DNA from: Verrucomicrobiales bacterium
Lineage (GTDB): Bacteria > Verrucomicrobiota > Verrucomicrobiia > Limisphaerales > JAYPEY01
Direction: 5' to 3'
Length of the DNA: 64,000 nt
Assembly (NCBI GenBank): GCA_038126035.1
Contig: JAYPEY010000013.1
Coordinates: 9,547-73,546 of the forward strand
The notes below the pieces were generated by a model. The model worked only from the letters and a program-made list of their open reading frames with translations, was not told the origin of the DNA and did not search any database. Shown here one piece after another: positions 1 through 11,300 of the stretch (its first letter is position 1; each line of letters begins with the position of its first letter). A program made the translations under genes and the position numbers.

Positions 1-113
1 GTCATCGATTCGAGGAAGTACTGAGTCTGATCCAGATGGGGCGGGCGCCGGTTGCCATGCTCAGTTTCGGGTTCGTGCCTGAAGCGGAGGCATCTTTTGA
101 AAGAAAACCATAA
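1..113 (+). CDS. 3' end of an unidentified gene (partial, last ~37 codons)
   Basis: The frame starting at nt 3 is open from the window edge to TAA at 111-113 (HRFEEVLSLIQMGRAPVAMLSFGFVPEAEASFERKP*). The other two + frames stop at 22-24 and 80-82. A hairpin terminator lies ~95 nt downstream. Too short to identify. Confidence 0.25.
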   Translation, partial: HRFEEVLSLIQMGRAPVAMLSFGFVPEAEASFERKP

Positions 114-206
114 TTATGGGATTGTGGTCCCGATTATGCAGTCTTTGGCGACTTGCAGCTGATCGAGATGGACTGATCCGCCGGCGCCTGGATTTTGCCA
201 GGAAGC

Positions 207-237
207 AAAAGGGACGCCCGATCTGGCGTCCCTTTTT
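207..237. terminator. Bidirectional rho-independent terminator between convergent genes
   Basis: Perfect 8-bp GC-rich stem GGGACGCC (211-218) / GGCGTCCC (225-232) with 6-nt loop CGATCT. It is flanked by AAAA (207-210) and TTTTT (233-237), so either strand reads hairpin plus U-tract. It sits 28 nt past the kinase stop (265-267) and ~95 nt past the upstream + strand stop. Confidence 0.65.
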
Positions 238-264
238 GATTCAATGACAGATGGAACGGCGCGC

Positions 265-1341
265 TTACCGCTGCACGCGGGCGTTGCCCTTCCAGATGCT
301 CCAGACCTGATCCTCGTCAGCCGGTTGGCCGTAGTCAGTGAGGAGCGTCGCGGCGAGCGCGCCGCTGGCCCAGCCGAATTGCGCGCACTTCTCGCCTTCC
401 CAGCCGCGCAGGATGCCGTAGAGGAGTCCGCCGACGAATCCATCGCCGCCGCCGATGCGGTCGAGCACGCCGATTTCGCGGGGCATGATGACGTGGAAGT
501 CGTCGCCGTCGGCCACGATGCCGCCCCATTCGTGCAGATTCACGCTGACGACTTCGCGAAGCGTCGTCCCGTAGACGGAGCCGTTGGGGAACTCCTTCTT
601 CACCCTGTTGATCATCTCCTTGAAACTGTCGATCTTCGCGGCGATGTCGCTGCCGCCGGCCTCAGGACCCTCGACGCCGAGGCAGAGCTGGAAGTCCTCC
701 TCGTTGCCGATGAGAATGTCCGCCAACTGGCCGATTTCGTGGAACGCCTTGCTCAGCTCCTCTTCGCGTCCCTTCCAGAAACTGGCGCGGTGATTGAGGT
801 CGAAGGAGATCTTGCTGCCGTGCTTCTTGGCGGCGCGGGCGACATCGAGGCAGAACTGGGTCGATTGCGGTGAAAGCGCGGCAATCAAGCCCGACAGGTG
901 CACGATCTGCGCGCCCTCCTCGCCGAAGATGCGCTCCAGATCGAAGTCCTTGGCGTTCAGTTCCCGGCCGACTTCGCCTGCTCGGTCGTTCCAGACGCGC
1001 GGTCCGCGGGAGCCGACGCCGCTGTCCGCCATGTTGATCTGATGGCGGAAGCCCCAAGGCCCGCCCTGCGGGACGTCCGGCCCCTCGTAGTCCATGTGGC
1101 GGCTGGCCAGGTTGTCCTTGATCAGCCGGGAGACAGGGCTGCCTTCAACAAAGGCGGTGAGGATCTTTACCGGCAGGCCGAGGTAGGACGACACGGCCCC
1201 GACATTGGACTCGGCGCTGGTCGCCTGCAGTTTGTAGGTGTCGGAGCAGTGAAAGGGCTGGCCGTTCACTGGGGTGAGGCGCGTTCCCATGCTGGTGGGA
1301 ATCACGAGGGCGTATTTGCAGTCTTGCTTCAGTTCAATCAT
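265..1341 (-). CDS. PfkB-family sugar kinase, KdgK-like (candidate 2-dehydro-3-deoxygluconokinase)
   Basis: Track ORF 265..1503(-). Product from the internal Met (MIELKQDCKYALVIPTSMGTRLTP...) is 358 aa. It carries the C-terminal PfkB signature VLDRIGGGDGFVGGLLYG (439-471 on + coordinates), NEEDF, and overall KdgK-like layout and length. Start placed at ATG 1339-1341, because the 54 upstream residues of the track ORF are low-complexity and not kinase-like. Stop TAA at 265-267. Confidence 0.85.
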   Translation of the reverse strand: MIELKQDCKYALVIPTSMGTRLTPVNGQPFHCSDTYKLQATSAESNVGAVSSYLGLPVKILTAFVEGSPVSRLIKDNLASRHMDYEGPDVPQGGPWGFRHQINMADSGVGSRGPRVWNDRAGEVGRELNAKDFDLERIFGEEGAQIVHLSGLIAALSPQSTQFCLDVARAAKKHGSKISFDLNHRASFWKGREEELSKAFHEIGQLADILIGNEEDFQLCLGVEGPEAGGSDIAAKIDSFKEMINRVKKEFPNGSVYGTTLREVVSVNLHEWGGIVADGDDFHVIMPREIGVLDRIGGGDGFVGGLLYGILRGWEGEKCAQFGWASGALAATLLTDYGQPADEDQVWSIWKGNARVQR

Positions 1342-1654
1342 GGCTCTTCTTCGAAAAAATGAGGCGGGAGAGTGCAATGAATTCCCCTGAACACGCAAGC
1401 GAAACGTGGGTTCGCCAATTGACCGGCTTGACTGGTGAACCGGGGACGTTGTCGCGTGCGGCGGCGTATACGATGCTCGCTGGGACGAAAGCCCTGCCTC
1501 CAAACCCCAATTGCCAATCCATTCGACGTTTGAAGTCGCGGGTCTCTGCTCCCGTTGAGCTTGGGGGGCGCGCTATAACAACGGACGCCCAGCCAAATCA
1601 CAATCCAGCTACTCGGTGATATCGTCTTTCTATATATAGTGTAACTAGTATTCG

Positions 1655-1672
1655 ATATACAATATATTGTAC
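1655..1672. promoter_or_regulatory. Candidate operator: perfect 14-bp palindrome TACAATATATTGTA
   Basis: TACAATATATTGTA at 1658-1671 is its own reverse complement. It is embedded in ATATACAATATAT (1655-1667), which recurs exactly at 2001-2013. Confidence 0.45.
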
Positions 1673-1972
1673 TTGTCGTGTCCGGATTCAAAATGTTGAC
1701 AAATGGCAGATCCGCTCCAAATCGTGGATGGTGGCCAATGCCAATAACTGCGCCAGCCCGACCTTGACCGCCGCTCCGTCTGGCGGTTGCCAGTTGCCAT
1801 CACGATGCTTGGAGCGGGGTAAAGCTTGATCTCATCTCCCTGAAAACCAGCTGAAAATCGCCAGTTTTGCCGCAATTTACGCGAATTCAATTGGTTTCCT
1901 TATGAGCCCAGAGGCGTTGCTCCGCGTCAGCGCGCCTCATTGGAGTGTGAACCACAGAGAGTTGCAGGTCGG

Positions 1973-2013
1973 ACACAATATATAGTACCCCAATATAGAT
2001 ATATACAATATAT
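1973..2013. promoter_or_regulatory. Two further copies of the ACAATATAT motif
   Basis: CACAATATATAGTAC at 1974-1988 has one mismatch to the ACAATATATTGTAC half of the palindrome. ATATACAATATAT at 2001-2013 is a 13-nt exact repeat of 1655-1667. Both lie ~250-290 bp upstream of the giant-gene ATG. Confidence 0.4.
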
Positions 2014-2262
2014 ACCGTTCAAGCGTTCGGTAGGCGTTCTATATCTTCTCTCATTTGCCTGGGTGAATTTCTTGCCGAATTGGTGACAATCTAATGGAGG
2101 GAAAAAAGATCTATAAATTGGGCTTGCAATTATTGTTGGAAGGGAACCATTCTCTGCGCGCTCGTGAAAGAGTGGCTCGGAGAGGGAACGCAATTCGTTG
2201 CGCAACAGGCTCCGCCGATCATTCAGGAGCATGTGTCGGGATTGTCTTGTGGCGGGCTCGCC

Positions 2263-2340
2263 ATGAAGTCGAACAAAGCCAAAAGTATGTTCGAATTGGA
2301 GTCTCTGGAGCAACGGGTTCTGCTCTCGGGCGACGGCTTT
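2263..2340 (+). other. LEPR-XLL-type N-terminal motif
   Basis: MKSNKAKSMFELESLEQRVLLSGDG. The LEQRVLLS core (2305-2328) matches the LEPRxLLS consensus that starts many very large extracellular proteins of Planctomycetes/Verrucomicrobia (recalled from the NCBIfam LEPR-XLL model). A short basic N-terminus is present but no hydrophobic Sec h-region. Confidence 0.7.
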
Positions 2341-5300
2341 GCAGTGACGCAGCCGGCTCCTTCAGACCTCGATTCCTCACCCTCGGATGTCGTCATTGAG
2401 GACACCGATCTGCTTTCTGAAATCGGATCGGAGGCCAACGAATCCGCCGGCGACGACTTCCTTTTTGAGGCCTTCTCAGACGCCGATCTGCTGGCCGATT
2501 CGGCCGTCGATTCTGAGGTGATCGTCAATGATTCTGACGACGATGAGCAGGTGCCCGAGGCGGCGGATGAAACCGCGATTGCGGCGGCGGAGTCCGCAGA
2601 ATACGGCGCTCAAGCAGAGGAAGAATCCACCCCTTTCAGTGAAGTAGATGCAGCGGGCATCGCGGACGAATTGACCGCCACGCTGAATGCTCCGAATCCT
2701 CCACCTGCCGAGATTTCAGCGGGCGAACCCGCAAATTCAGTTGAAAATGAAGATTCAGAAGACGGCTCCGGCACGAACGGGGGCGTCTTTTCCAGTTCCG
2801 GTGATCTGCATCTGGACGAGGATTCGCCGGTTGAGGTCGAGAATGGCCTGACCATCGGGGAGGATGAGACCCTCAGCGGCAGCGGGACGATCGACGGTGA
2901 TGTGGTCGTTGAAGGCGTCGTGAGTCCGGGGAATTCGCCGGGCATTCAGACCGTCAACGGCAATCAGACCTACGCCTTTTCCTCGACGCTGGAGATCGAG
3001 CTCGGCGGCCTGACTCCGGGCACGGGTTACGACCAGGTTCAGGTCTCCGGTCAACTCACCATGGGCGGCGAGTTGAAGGTGACCCTGATCGACGGCTTCG
3101 TCCCGAACGCGGGCGACACCTTCACGATCGCAACCTTCGGAGATGTCGCCGGCGACTTCGATGAATACACCGGTCTCGCCCTCGGCGGCGGTCTGGTCTT
3201 GAAACCGACCGTGGGCGACAGCAGCCTGACCCTGACGGTGGTTCAATCCCAAGCCCCGCGCCCTGTCCTCTTCATTCACGGATTCGGCGGCTCCTACTTC
3301 GCGGACAACTCGCCGGCCGGGATCGAGAACTGGCTGACCACACGGGGCATTCACCCCGAGTCAATCACCCAGGATCCCTTCTCCCACATCGGGTGGGACC
3401 TGATCCGTTCATTGGAGAATGCCGGCTATGTTCAGGATGTGTCCCTGTTCGAGGCGAATTGGGACTGGCGCGTCGCGGTCGGCCCGACAGACGGCGTGGC
3501 CGATGGCGTCCTGACCGGGGTGTCCGGAGCCACGATCACCAACGGAACCTACGAGACCGGGGTCGATTATCTTGGCTATTGGCTGAAGAAGGCCGTCGAT
3601 CGCTGGACTGCCCTGACGGGCAGCGCCCCGGATGCGGTCGATGTCATCACGCACAGCACAGGCGGCCTGGTGGCGAAATCCTACATCCAGAGTTCCGCCT
3701 ACGGCGACGGTCTTCCGGAAGTGGCGAACCTGATTCAGGTCGGTGTGCCCAACGAGGGCGCTTTGGCGCCGGTCAACATGCTGAAGAACGATTTCAGCAC
3801 CTCCGCCGCCGCTCGGGCTGCCGGTATTCTGGTCAACAACGCCTACGAACTGCTGAAGGGCGGAACAGACATCGCCGGGCCGACCGGGGCGATCAGCGCG
3901 TCTGCCGTCCCGAGTGAAAAAGACTTTGTCGGGATGTATATCGCCTCGTTGCGCGGGTTGCTGCCGACCTTCGCCTACCTTGACACCAACAACGACAACG
4001 TCCTGGAAACCGCGACCGGCGATCTGGTCAATGAGCTGGTCCTCGACCTGAACGGCGGAACCAATCCGAACGCCTTCCTGAACCGCTCGGGGGCGACGGC
4101 GACGACGATTGTCTACGCGACCGAAACCGACACCGGCGCCAAATCTGTTGTGCGGACGGGACCGGTCCTCGGGCTCGGACTGAAGAATGAGTTGCTGCCC
4201 TTCAGTCGCATCCTTGGGCGACTGCCCAACCCTGGGGAGGAATGGAATGAATTTGTCAGGCAGCCGGCCGCAGGCGATGGGACCGTCGCCACAACCTCGT
4301 CAACCGGCCTCTTCCAAGGCGTCACTCACGCCCAGCTCACCCTGACGGAGATCAAGTCCGCGGATGCGGGCTCTGTCGTGGGGCATCAGGACCTGTTGCA
4401 CGACGCCTACGCGCAAAAGCGGATCATTGAGGCGCTGACCGGCAGCCAGCCGGCGACCGGGGACATAAGCGTGGACCTGTTGGAGCCCAAATCCGCCTTC
4501 GCGACCGAAATCGTGGCGCTGGGATTGATCGATCCCGTCAAGGTTGTCACGCAGGCTTATCAGGACGTCGTTTCCTTCATCGATGGTCTGCGGCCGCACA
4601 CCGATCCCTACCTCAACACGACCCTGCCGATCGTGAACCAGAAGGTGAGCGACCTGATCGGGATCGACCTGTTGAAGGTCATCACTGATTCGCTGCCGAC
4701 AGTCGAAGTCAGCTCCGCGCCGTCGCTGGCCGCAATTGAGGAGGTCATCGAGGACGCATTGGGGCTGACGGATGTCGGACCGGCTGATTTCAACAACCCT
4801 GAGTTCACCCTGACATCCAACCAGGGCGTCTACAACTTCGCCTTCAACTTCGGAATCTCCGGCTCCAAGCAGATCCCGATCGATTTCAGCGCCTCGGCAA
4901 TTCCGGTGGATGGCTCCATGAATGTGGATGTTGCGACCGTCTGGAATCTGGACTTCGCCTTCAACTTCGATCTGGGAGCCTACCTGTCGGACTCCAAGGG
5001 CGGTTTCAGCGCCACGGACTTCGCGGTCACGCTGAATGAGTTGCGCGCCTCGGCGACGATTGACGCCACCGGCATCGACGTCGGATTGATGTTCGACGGA
5101 TTTGGAGCCATCGCAATCGAAGGCGGCAGCGCGGCGGTCACGGCGGCGGCGGTTGTCACGCCGGATGCGGCGGGTCCGATCACCCTGGAGCAGATCCGCA
5201 ATGTCTCCATCCTCACGCTGGTCGATGTCACCCCGACCGGGACCATGAATCTGGACCTCCCGGTGACCACGGTCCTGAGCGGTCAGGACTTCGCCTTCAA

Positions 5301-8300
5301 CGGGGCGACCACCCTGCAGTTGACCGATTCCGATCTGTTCGGCGGCGATCCGGTGGACGTCAGGATCGCGGTGACGGGAAGTCTCGTCGTCCTTGGGCAG
5401 GCGATCGATGGAAGCTTTACACTGCGTCGCACGGGCTCCGGCGCCGGTCAGGTGACTGCGGTCACGGCTACGATCTCCAACCTTGAACTCAAGGCGGGCG
5501 CGACGGTTGTGCTGAAGCTCGATGGTTCGGGCGCCCTGCAGATCGACTCCTCGGGCATTGCGGCCAAATTCGCTTTGAACCTGGTCGCCGGTCCCGCCGA
5601 TCCGGGCGTGTCGGCTTCCGGGACGGCCGGGCTGGAGATCAACACCACCAATGCGGCCGTGGCTGAGATTGACGGGCAGACTGTGAATCTCGCTGGCGGC
5701 TCCTACTTCAATGTCACACTCGCCAGCGCCAGCCTTGCGATCAACGGCAATTCCTTCAGCGCTGACCTGCTCAGCTTCAGCAAGGCCGGCGGCAATATCG
5801 ATGTGACCGGCTCCAATGTCGGATTTCTCCTGGCCACCGGCGGCAAGCGCATCGTCAGCCTTTCCGGCGCGGACGCCGCCTTCACCTTCACCCCCGACGG
5901 CATCGCCGGCGCCGCGGCCAACGCCACGATTCAGGGGCCGGACTTTCAGAACCTCTCCCTGACCGGAACGTTCGGCATGGAGATCAACACCACCGGCGGC
6001 GAAATCACCGTGAACCTCGGCGGGAGCCCGATCGTCATCGCCAGCGCCGGCGGCGGCTTCGTCAGGGTGACCGTGGCCAACGGACAGTTCACCGTGCTCG
6101 GCAATGTGATCTCCGCGACGCGGTTCGAACTGGAGAAGCGTCAAAGCGAGGTGCGCGTGATCGCCAAGGGACTCGGGCTCAATCTGCAGGCCGGTGGAAC
6201 ACGGATCCTGGAACTGGGCTCCGGTTCGGGTGAATTCCGCTTCAGTTCGCAGGGTGTGGCCGGGAAGCTCTCCCTGAACGTCGTGCAGGGCCCGGCGTTG
6301 GCGGGCGTCGCCATCGCCGGAGCCTTCGAGATTTCCGTGAACACCCGGTCGACTGAAGCCGTGGTCGGGACGGCGACACTGCCGGCAGGCCCCTACTTCA
6401 AGACCGTCGGACGCACCGCGACCGTCACTGTCCTGGGCAACGCGATCACGGCGGATGAACTGAGCTTTGAGACTGTCGGCGCCGGCAATGACGCCGTCGT
6501 CCATGTCGCCGCCAGGGGCGTCGGGCTGCGACTTCAGGCGGGCACGGCCTCATTGACGGTGAGCGACGGAATCGGCGGATTCCTGTTCACCTCGGCCGGC
6601 GCGGCCGGGTCGGTCTCCGTTTCCACCATTGTCCTTTCCGGCGTGCCGGGCGTCGCGCTGTCCGCCTCCGCCATGCAGATCGATTTCAACACGACCAACG
6701 CCGACGTCGCCGCCGTTGATGTGGGCGGCGTCACGCTGGAATTCACCGGGGCCTATGAACAGAACTTTGTCCGCGTGTCGGGCGCGGCCAGTGTTTCATT
6801 GGACAACTTCATGAGCCTTTCCGGAAGCTTCGCCTTCGAGAAGGGGGCGCTGGCGGGCGGCGGCGACGCCATCAAGGGCGCGGTCGCCAATCTCGCCGGC
6901 GTGCTGGGCAGCGGCGTCGGGACGGCGGACGAAACCGGCGTGAAGGTCTCCAACGTCAGCGGCGGCTTTGTCATGCTGCCGGCGGGCCTGGCGCTGCAGG
7001 CCGAAGGAACCGGCGCGCTGGTCGGTCTCAACGGGGTTCAGCTTTCCGGCAACGTTTCTGTGGAGGTCAACACGACGGTGTCCGCGGTGAATGAAACGAT
7101 TTCCACGCCCGGCGGCGATGTCACCGTGACGTTCGCATCAGCGGCCCTGTTTCAGGCCGTCACCGCCAGCGGCCTCACCCTGAGCGTCGACGGCTTCGTC
7201 GATCTCAACGGAGACTTTCACTTCGAGCGCAGCTTCGAGGGCGGCGCGACCAAGATCATCGCGGGCGCTTCCGCTGTGAACGCCTTCGTCGGTGCGAATT
7301 CGGCGGGCGTGAAATTCTCAGGCGGTTCGTTGGGGCTGGTTCTCTTCCCGGAAACGGATGTCTACGCCCTGACCGCCACCGGCGCCGCGTCGCTGGACGG
7401 TTTCCCTGGCCTTTCGCTGGCAGGCAGTCTGTCGGTCGAAATCAACAACACCGGGGCGCCGGTTGACGAGCAGATCGCCACGCCCGGCGTCAACGTCCAC
7501 ATTGATTTTTCTGAAGCCGCCGACGTGCAGCGGATCGCGGGCAGCCTTGACCTGACGGTGGACGGCTTTGCGACGTTGTCAGGGAATTTTGCCTTCAGCC
7601 AGACCGGGACCGGCGCCGACGCAAAGGTGTTGGCCTCGGTCGACAGCCTGAACGCTGAAATGGGGGGCGGTGCGGCCAAGGTTGCGGTGACCAACGGTGA
7701 GCTGGCCTTTGCCCTCTACACCTCCTCCGGCAAATACGCCCTGCGCGGTTCGGGCGACGCGGCCTTGAACGGCGTTGCCGGCCTGGGATTCTCCGGGACG
7801 CTGGCTGTCGCCGTGAACAACACCGGCGGCGCGGTTTCGGAGACCGTTCCCGCGTCCGGCGGCGTGCGCCATCTGTCCTTCAATGTCAACGAAGGCAATC
7901 TTGCCCGCTTCGAGGGAACGGGCGTTCAACTGGCCGTCGATGACGCGGTCGATATCAGCGGCAACTTTGTCATTGAACGCAATGCGGTGAACGGCGAGAC
8001 GCGCGTCGGGGCCTCCCTGGTCAGCGCTCTGATGAACAACAACGGCCGCGGTATCCAGATCTCAAACGGCTTCCTCGGTCTGCTGCTCAAGGATGACGGC
8101 AAATATGCGCTGAACGCCGGCGGCGATGGATCGGTGATCGGGATCTCCGATGTGGAACTTGCCGGAAACCTTCAATTGCGCGCCAACAAGCTCGGCGCGG
8201 CGGTGGATGATTCGATTGAGGCCGGAGTCGATGGCACTGATGGCAACCCGGTCACAGTCGCCCTGGACATGCCGGCCGGCCTGGCCCTGGAGTTGATCGG

Positions 8301-11300
8301 TGCCGACGTCACTCTGCGGATCGCGGGCAGCCACTTCACCGCGGACGAAATCAGATTCGTCCAGTCCGCCAATCAGATCGACGTCACCGGCCAGCGGATC
8401 AGCTTCTCCATGAATGCGGGCGCGACCCGGATCGTGGGGGTGCAGGACGCCGACTTCGCCTTCAAGTTCACGGACGCCGGCGTCGCCGGCGCGGTGAAGA
8501 ACGGAACCATCCTCGGTCCGGACTTCGGAGACGACTTCAGCATCGACGGCAATGTCACCGTGCTACTGAACACCATGTCGACCGCGCAGACAGTGTCGGT
8601 CGATTCCCAGATGATCGCCCTGCAGGCGGCCGACAACGGCAGCCCATTCCTCCGCGTCGAGGTCGCCTCCGAGATGACCATCTTTGGCTCCACCTTCACG
8701 GCTGATCGCTTCGATTTTGAACTCCGCGACTTCGGAGTCGATGTCTCCGGCGTGAATCTGGGCTTCGTGTTGAACGCTGGATCCAAACGGGTTCTCGGGT
8801 TGAGCAATGCCGACTTCGCCTTCCGGTTCACGGAGGAGGGTGTGGTTGGCGCCGTCCGCAATGCGATGGTGGCCGGCCCGGACTTTGGCGGGAACATCGA
8901 TCTTTCCGGGACCGTCAATGTTGATGTGAACACCACGACCCTGGCGACCGTGCTGAACGTCGATGGCCAGTCCATCCTCGTCGAGGCGGCTCCGGTGGGC
9001 GGCTATTTCATCGACACAGAGGTGTCGGCCGGAATGTTGACGGTGTTTGGCAGCGAATTGTCCGCGGATGTGTTCCGGTTGCGCAAGGACGGCGACGGCG
9101 TGGCCGTGGATGGCTCCGGTCTGGACTTCGTTCTTAAGGCCGACACCAAGCGGATTCTGGGAATCGAAGGCGCTGACTTCGCGTTCAATTTCACCGAATC
9201 GGGCATTGCGGGCGCGGTTGTCAACGGCCAGGTGAGCGGGCCGGAACTCGCCGACATCAGCTTGAGCGGCGAGGTCAGCCTGTTTCTGAACACGACCGAC
9301 GCGGACGCCGAGGTCACGGTCGGCGGAAACGCGCTTCAAATTGCGGCGGCCGGCGGCGCGGGTCACTACGTTCGCTTCGAGGTCGCCAACGGGGCTCTGG
9401 TCGTCCTCGGCAATTCCCTCTCGGCGGCGACACTGGTCCTTGAGAAGTCCGGCGACGACGTGAGCGTGACCGGGACGAAGCTCGGCTTTGAACTGGTTGC
9501 CGGCACCAATCGTGTGTTGGGGCTGAAGGACGCGGACTTCGCCTTCCTGGCCACGAAGGACGGCATCGCCGGCGCGGCGAAGAACGGATCGCTCCTGGCC
9601 TCCGATTTCAATGACGGCTTCTCGCTTTCCGGAAATCTGTCTCTCCTGGTCAACACCACCGGCGCGGCGGCGGCGCTTCAGGTCGGCTCGGAGATGGTTG
9701 CCGTCCCCGCGGGTGGCGGCTCCTTCGTTGAGGTCAAGTTGGCATCCGGCGGGATCTCCCTGCTCGGACAGACCCTGGCCGGCGACTTCGCCTTCCGCCG
9801 AATGCTGGTCGATGGTCAACCGCAGGTCGATGCGGACGGCGCCAATGTCTCGTTGAAACTGGGGGCAGGTTCGACCGAGCTTCTTTCCGTCAGCGATGGA
9901 ACCGTCGATCTGACGATCAACCATCAGGGGACGGTCGGCTCCTTCAGTGGCGAAGTTTCCTCCTCCGTTCCGAATCTCTCCTTTAATGGCGTCTTCTCTG
10001 TTGTCATCGACACCCGGCTTGCCACTGATCGTCACATCCGCGTGAGTGGAACGGGCGTCAGCGCGACCATCGCGGGGCAGACAGTCGCCGGCGACTTTGT
10101 GATTGAGCAGACGGTGTCCGCCGGCGGCGGGACGGTGGTCGGCGTCGCGGTCGAGAACCTCGAGGTCAACCTCGGCGACGGGACAAACACCTACGTCACG
10201 GCAACCAACGGTCGCGGATACTTCCTTATCACGCCGCTGGGTCTGGCGGCGAGCGCCTCGGCGACGATCAGCCTCGATGTCTCCGGCCTCAAGCTGACCG
10301 GCGGCGCCGTGAGCATCGAGATCAACCAGACCGATCAGCCCGTCCAGTCGAACTTTATTGTGGACGGCAACGCGCCGAGCCAGTTGTCCCTGGAGGCGGG
10401 ACCATTCCTGCGGGTCAACGTGACGGAAGCCGAACTTGAAGTTGGAACCGGCGGACCTGTCATGAAGGGCGATTTCTTCTTCGAACAGGAGAACCGCGCC
10501 GATAGCTCCAAGATCGTGCGCATCGGCGTGGCGAATCTGGAGGTGACCTGGGGCGGGCAGGGCATCACCAATGGCGCCGGCGCCTTCGTGATCCTCGACA
10601 ACGGCGGCGTCAGTTCCATTGCAGGAATCGCCTCCGGCGAGGCTTCGGTCGCGGTCGGCGGCGTCGCGGTCGGCGGCAGCTTCGGCCTGCGGGTCAACAA
10701 GACCGGCATGGCGGTCTTCGAGACGATCACGGTCGGCGGCAAGGAGTTCGAGATCAACTTCACCGACGGTTCGGATGTCTTCAGCTTCTTCGGCGAGAAC
10801 CTGACGTTGAGCATCGGCGGATTTGTCACCATAGAGGGCAGCAATGTCAGCTTCACCGGAAACGAATTCACCGGCTCCGGCATCAAGATCTTCCTCGGAC
10901 GCGGTCCGCTGCTGCTGCCGGACCAATCCATGAATCCGTCCGCGGTCGGCCTGCTGGTCAGCGACGCGGCGGTGGCCCTGGCCAAGGACGGCGCCAACTA
11001 CGCGCTCTACGCGAAAGGCAACGTCGAGTTCATCGGCGTCGCCGACGTGACGGTCGCCGGTGTGGCGGTCGTCCGCTTCAACAACACTTCGACGGATCGG
11101 ACCTTCAACGACGCCGCCGGCGGACTGACCATCGGCGCCATGAGCAACGCCGACGACGTGACGGTCGCCATGGGCGAGGCCTCCGCCAACGGCGCGCTGA
11201 ACCTGGATCTGCTGGGGCAGCGCATTTCCGGTTCCTTCGGCTTTACCCGTCCCGGCGCCAACGCCGAGGATCAGGCCCTGAGCTTCTCGCTGGCGAACGG

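Larger units (their letters stand above)
1342..2262. promoter_or_regulatory. Divergent intergenic/promoter region between the kinase and the giant gene
   Basis: 921 bp with no convincing ORF, lying between divergently oriented start codons (1341 minus, 2263 plus). Contains two AT-rich islands (about 1629-1672 and 1973-2050) in otherwise GC-rich DNA. Confidence 0.6.

Noticed and set aside
114-1362. ORFs overlapping the kinase gene (114..443-, 244..873+, 335..529-, 584..793+, 662..1057-, 794..1042+, 898..1362+).
   Set aside because: They overlap the PfkB kinase CDS in other frames or on the other strand, and they lack motifs. The kinase frame alone explains the region.
1342-1503. N-terminal extension of the kinase ORF (the track start at 1503 gives 412 aa).
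   Set aside because: The extra 54 residues (MEAGLSSQRASYTPPHATTSPVHQSS...) are not kinase-like. The internal Met at 1339-1341 gives a 358-aa product that begins with the beta-strand typical of PfkB N-termini. The start choice remains unverified.
1696-1724. Sigma70-like promoter guess: TTGACA at 1696-1701 with AAATCG 17 nt downstream.
   Set aside because: The -35 match is perfect but the putative -10 is poor, and the promoter consensus for the likely (PVC-like) host is uncertain. This is not enough to call a promoter.
1767-1787. Small hairpin ACCGCC-(9 nt)-GGCGGT in the intergenic region.
   Set aside because: The stem is short (6 bp), there is no U-tract, and no gene ends nearby. It is probably fortuitous in GC-rich DNA.
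1334-2528. Small ORFs in the intergenic region (1334..1522-, 1338..1691-, 1359..1619+, 1645..1890-, 1927..2313-, 2094..2399+, 2223..2528-).
   Set aside because: Their translations show no motifs and have unusual composition. Several overlap each other or the start of the giant gene. I see no supporting signals, although a small protein or ncRNA cannot be excluded from sequence alone.
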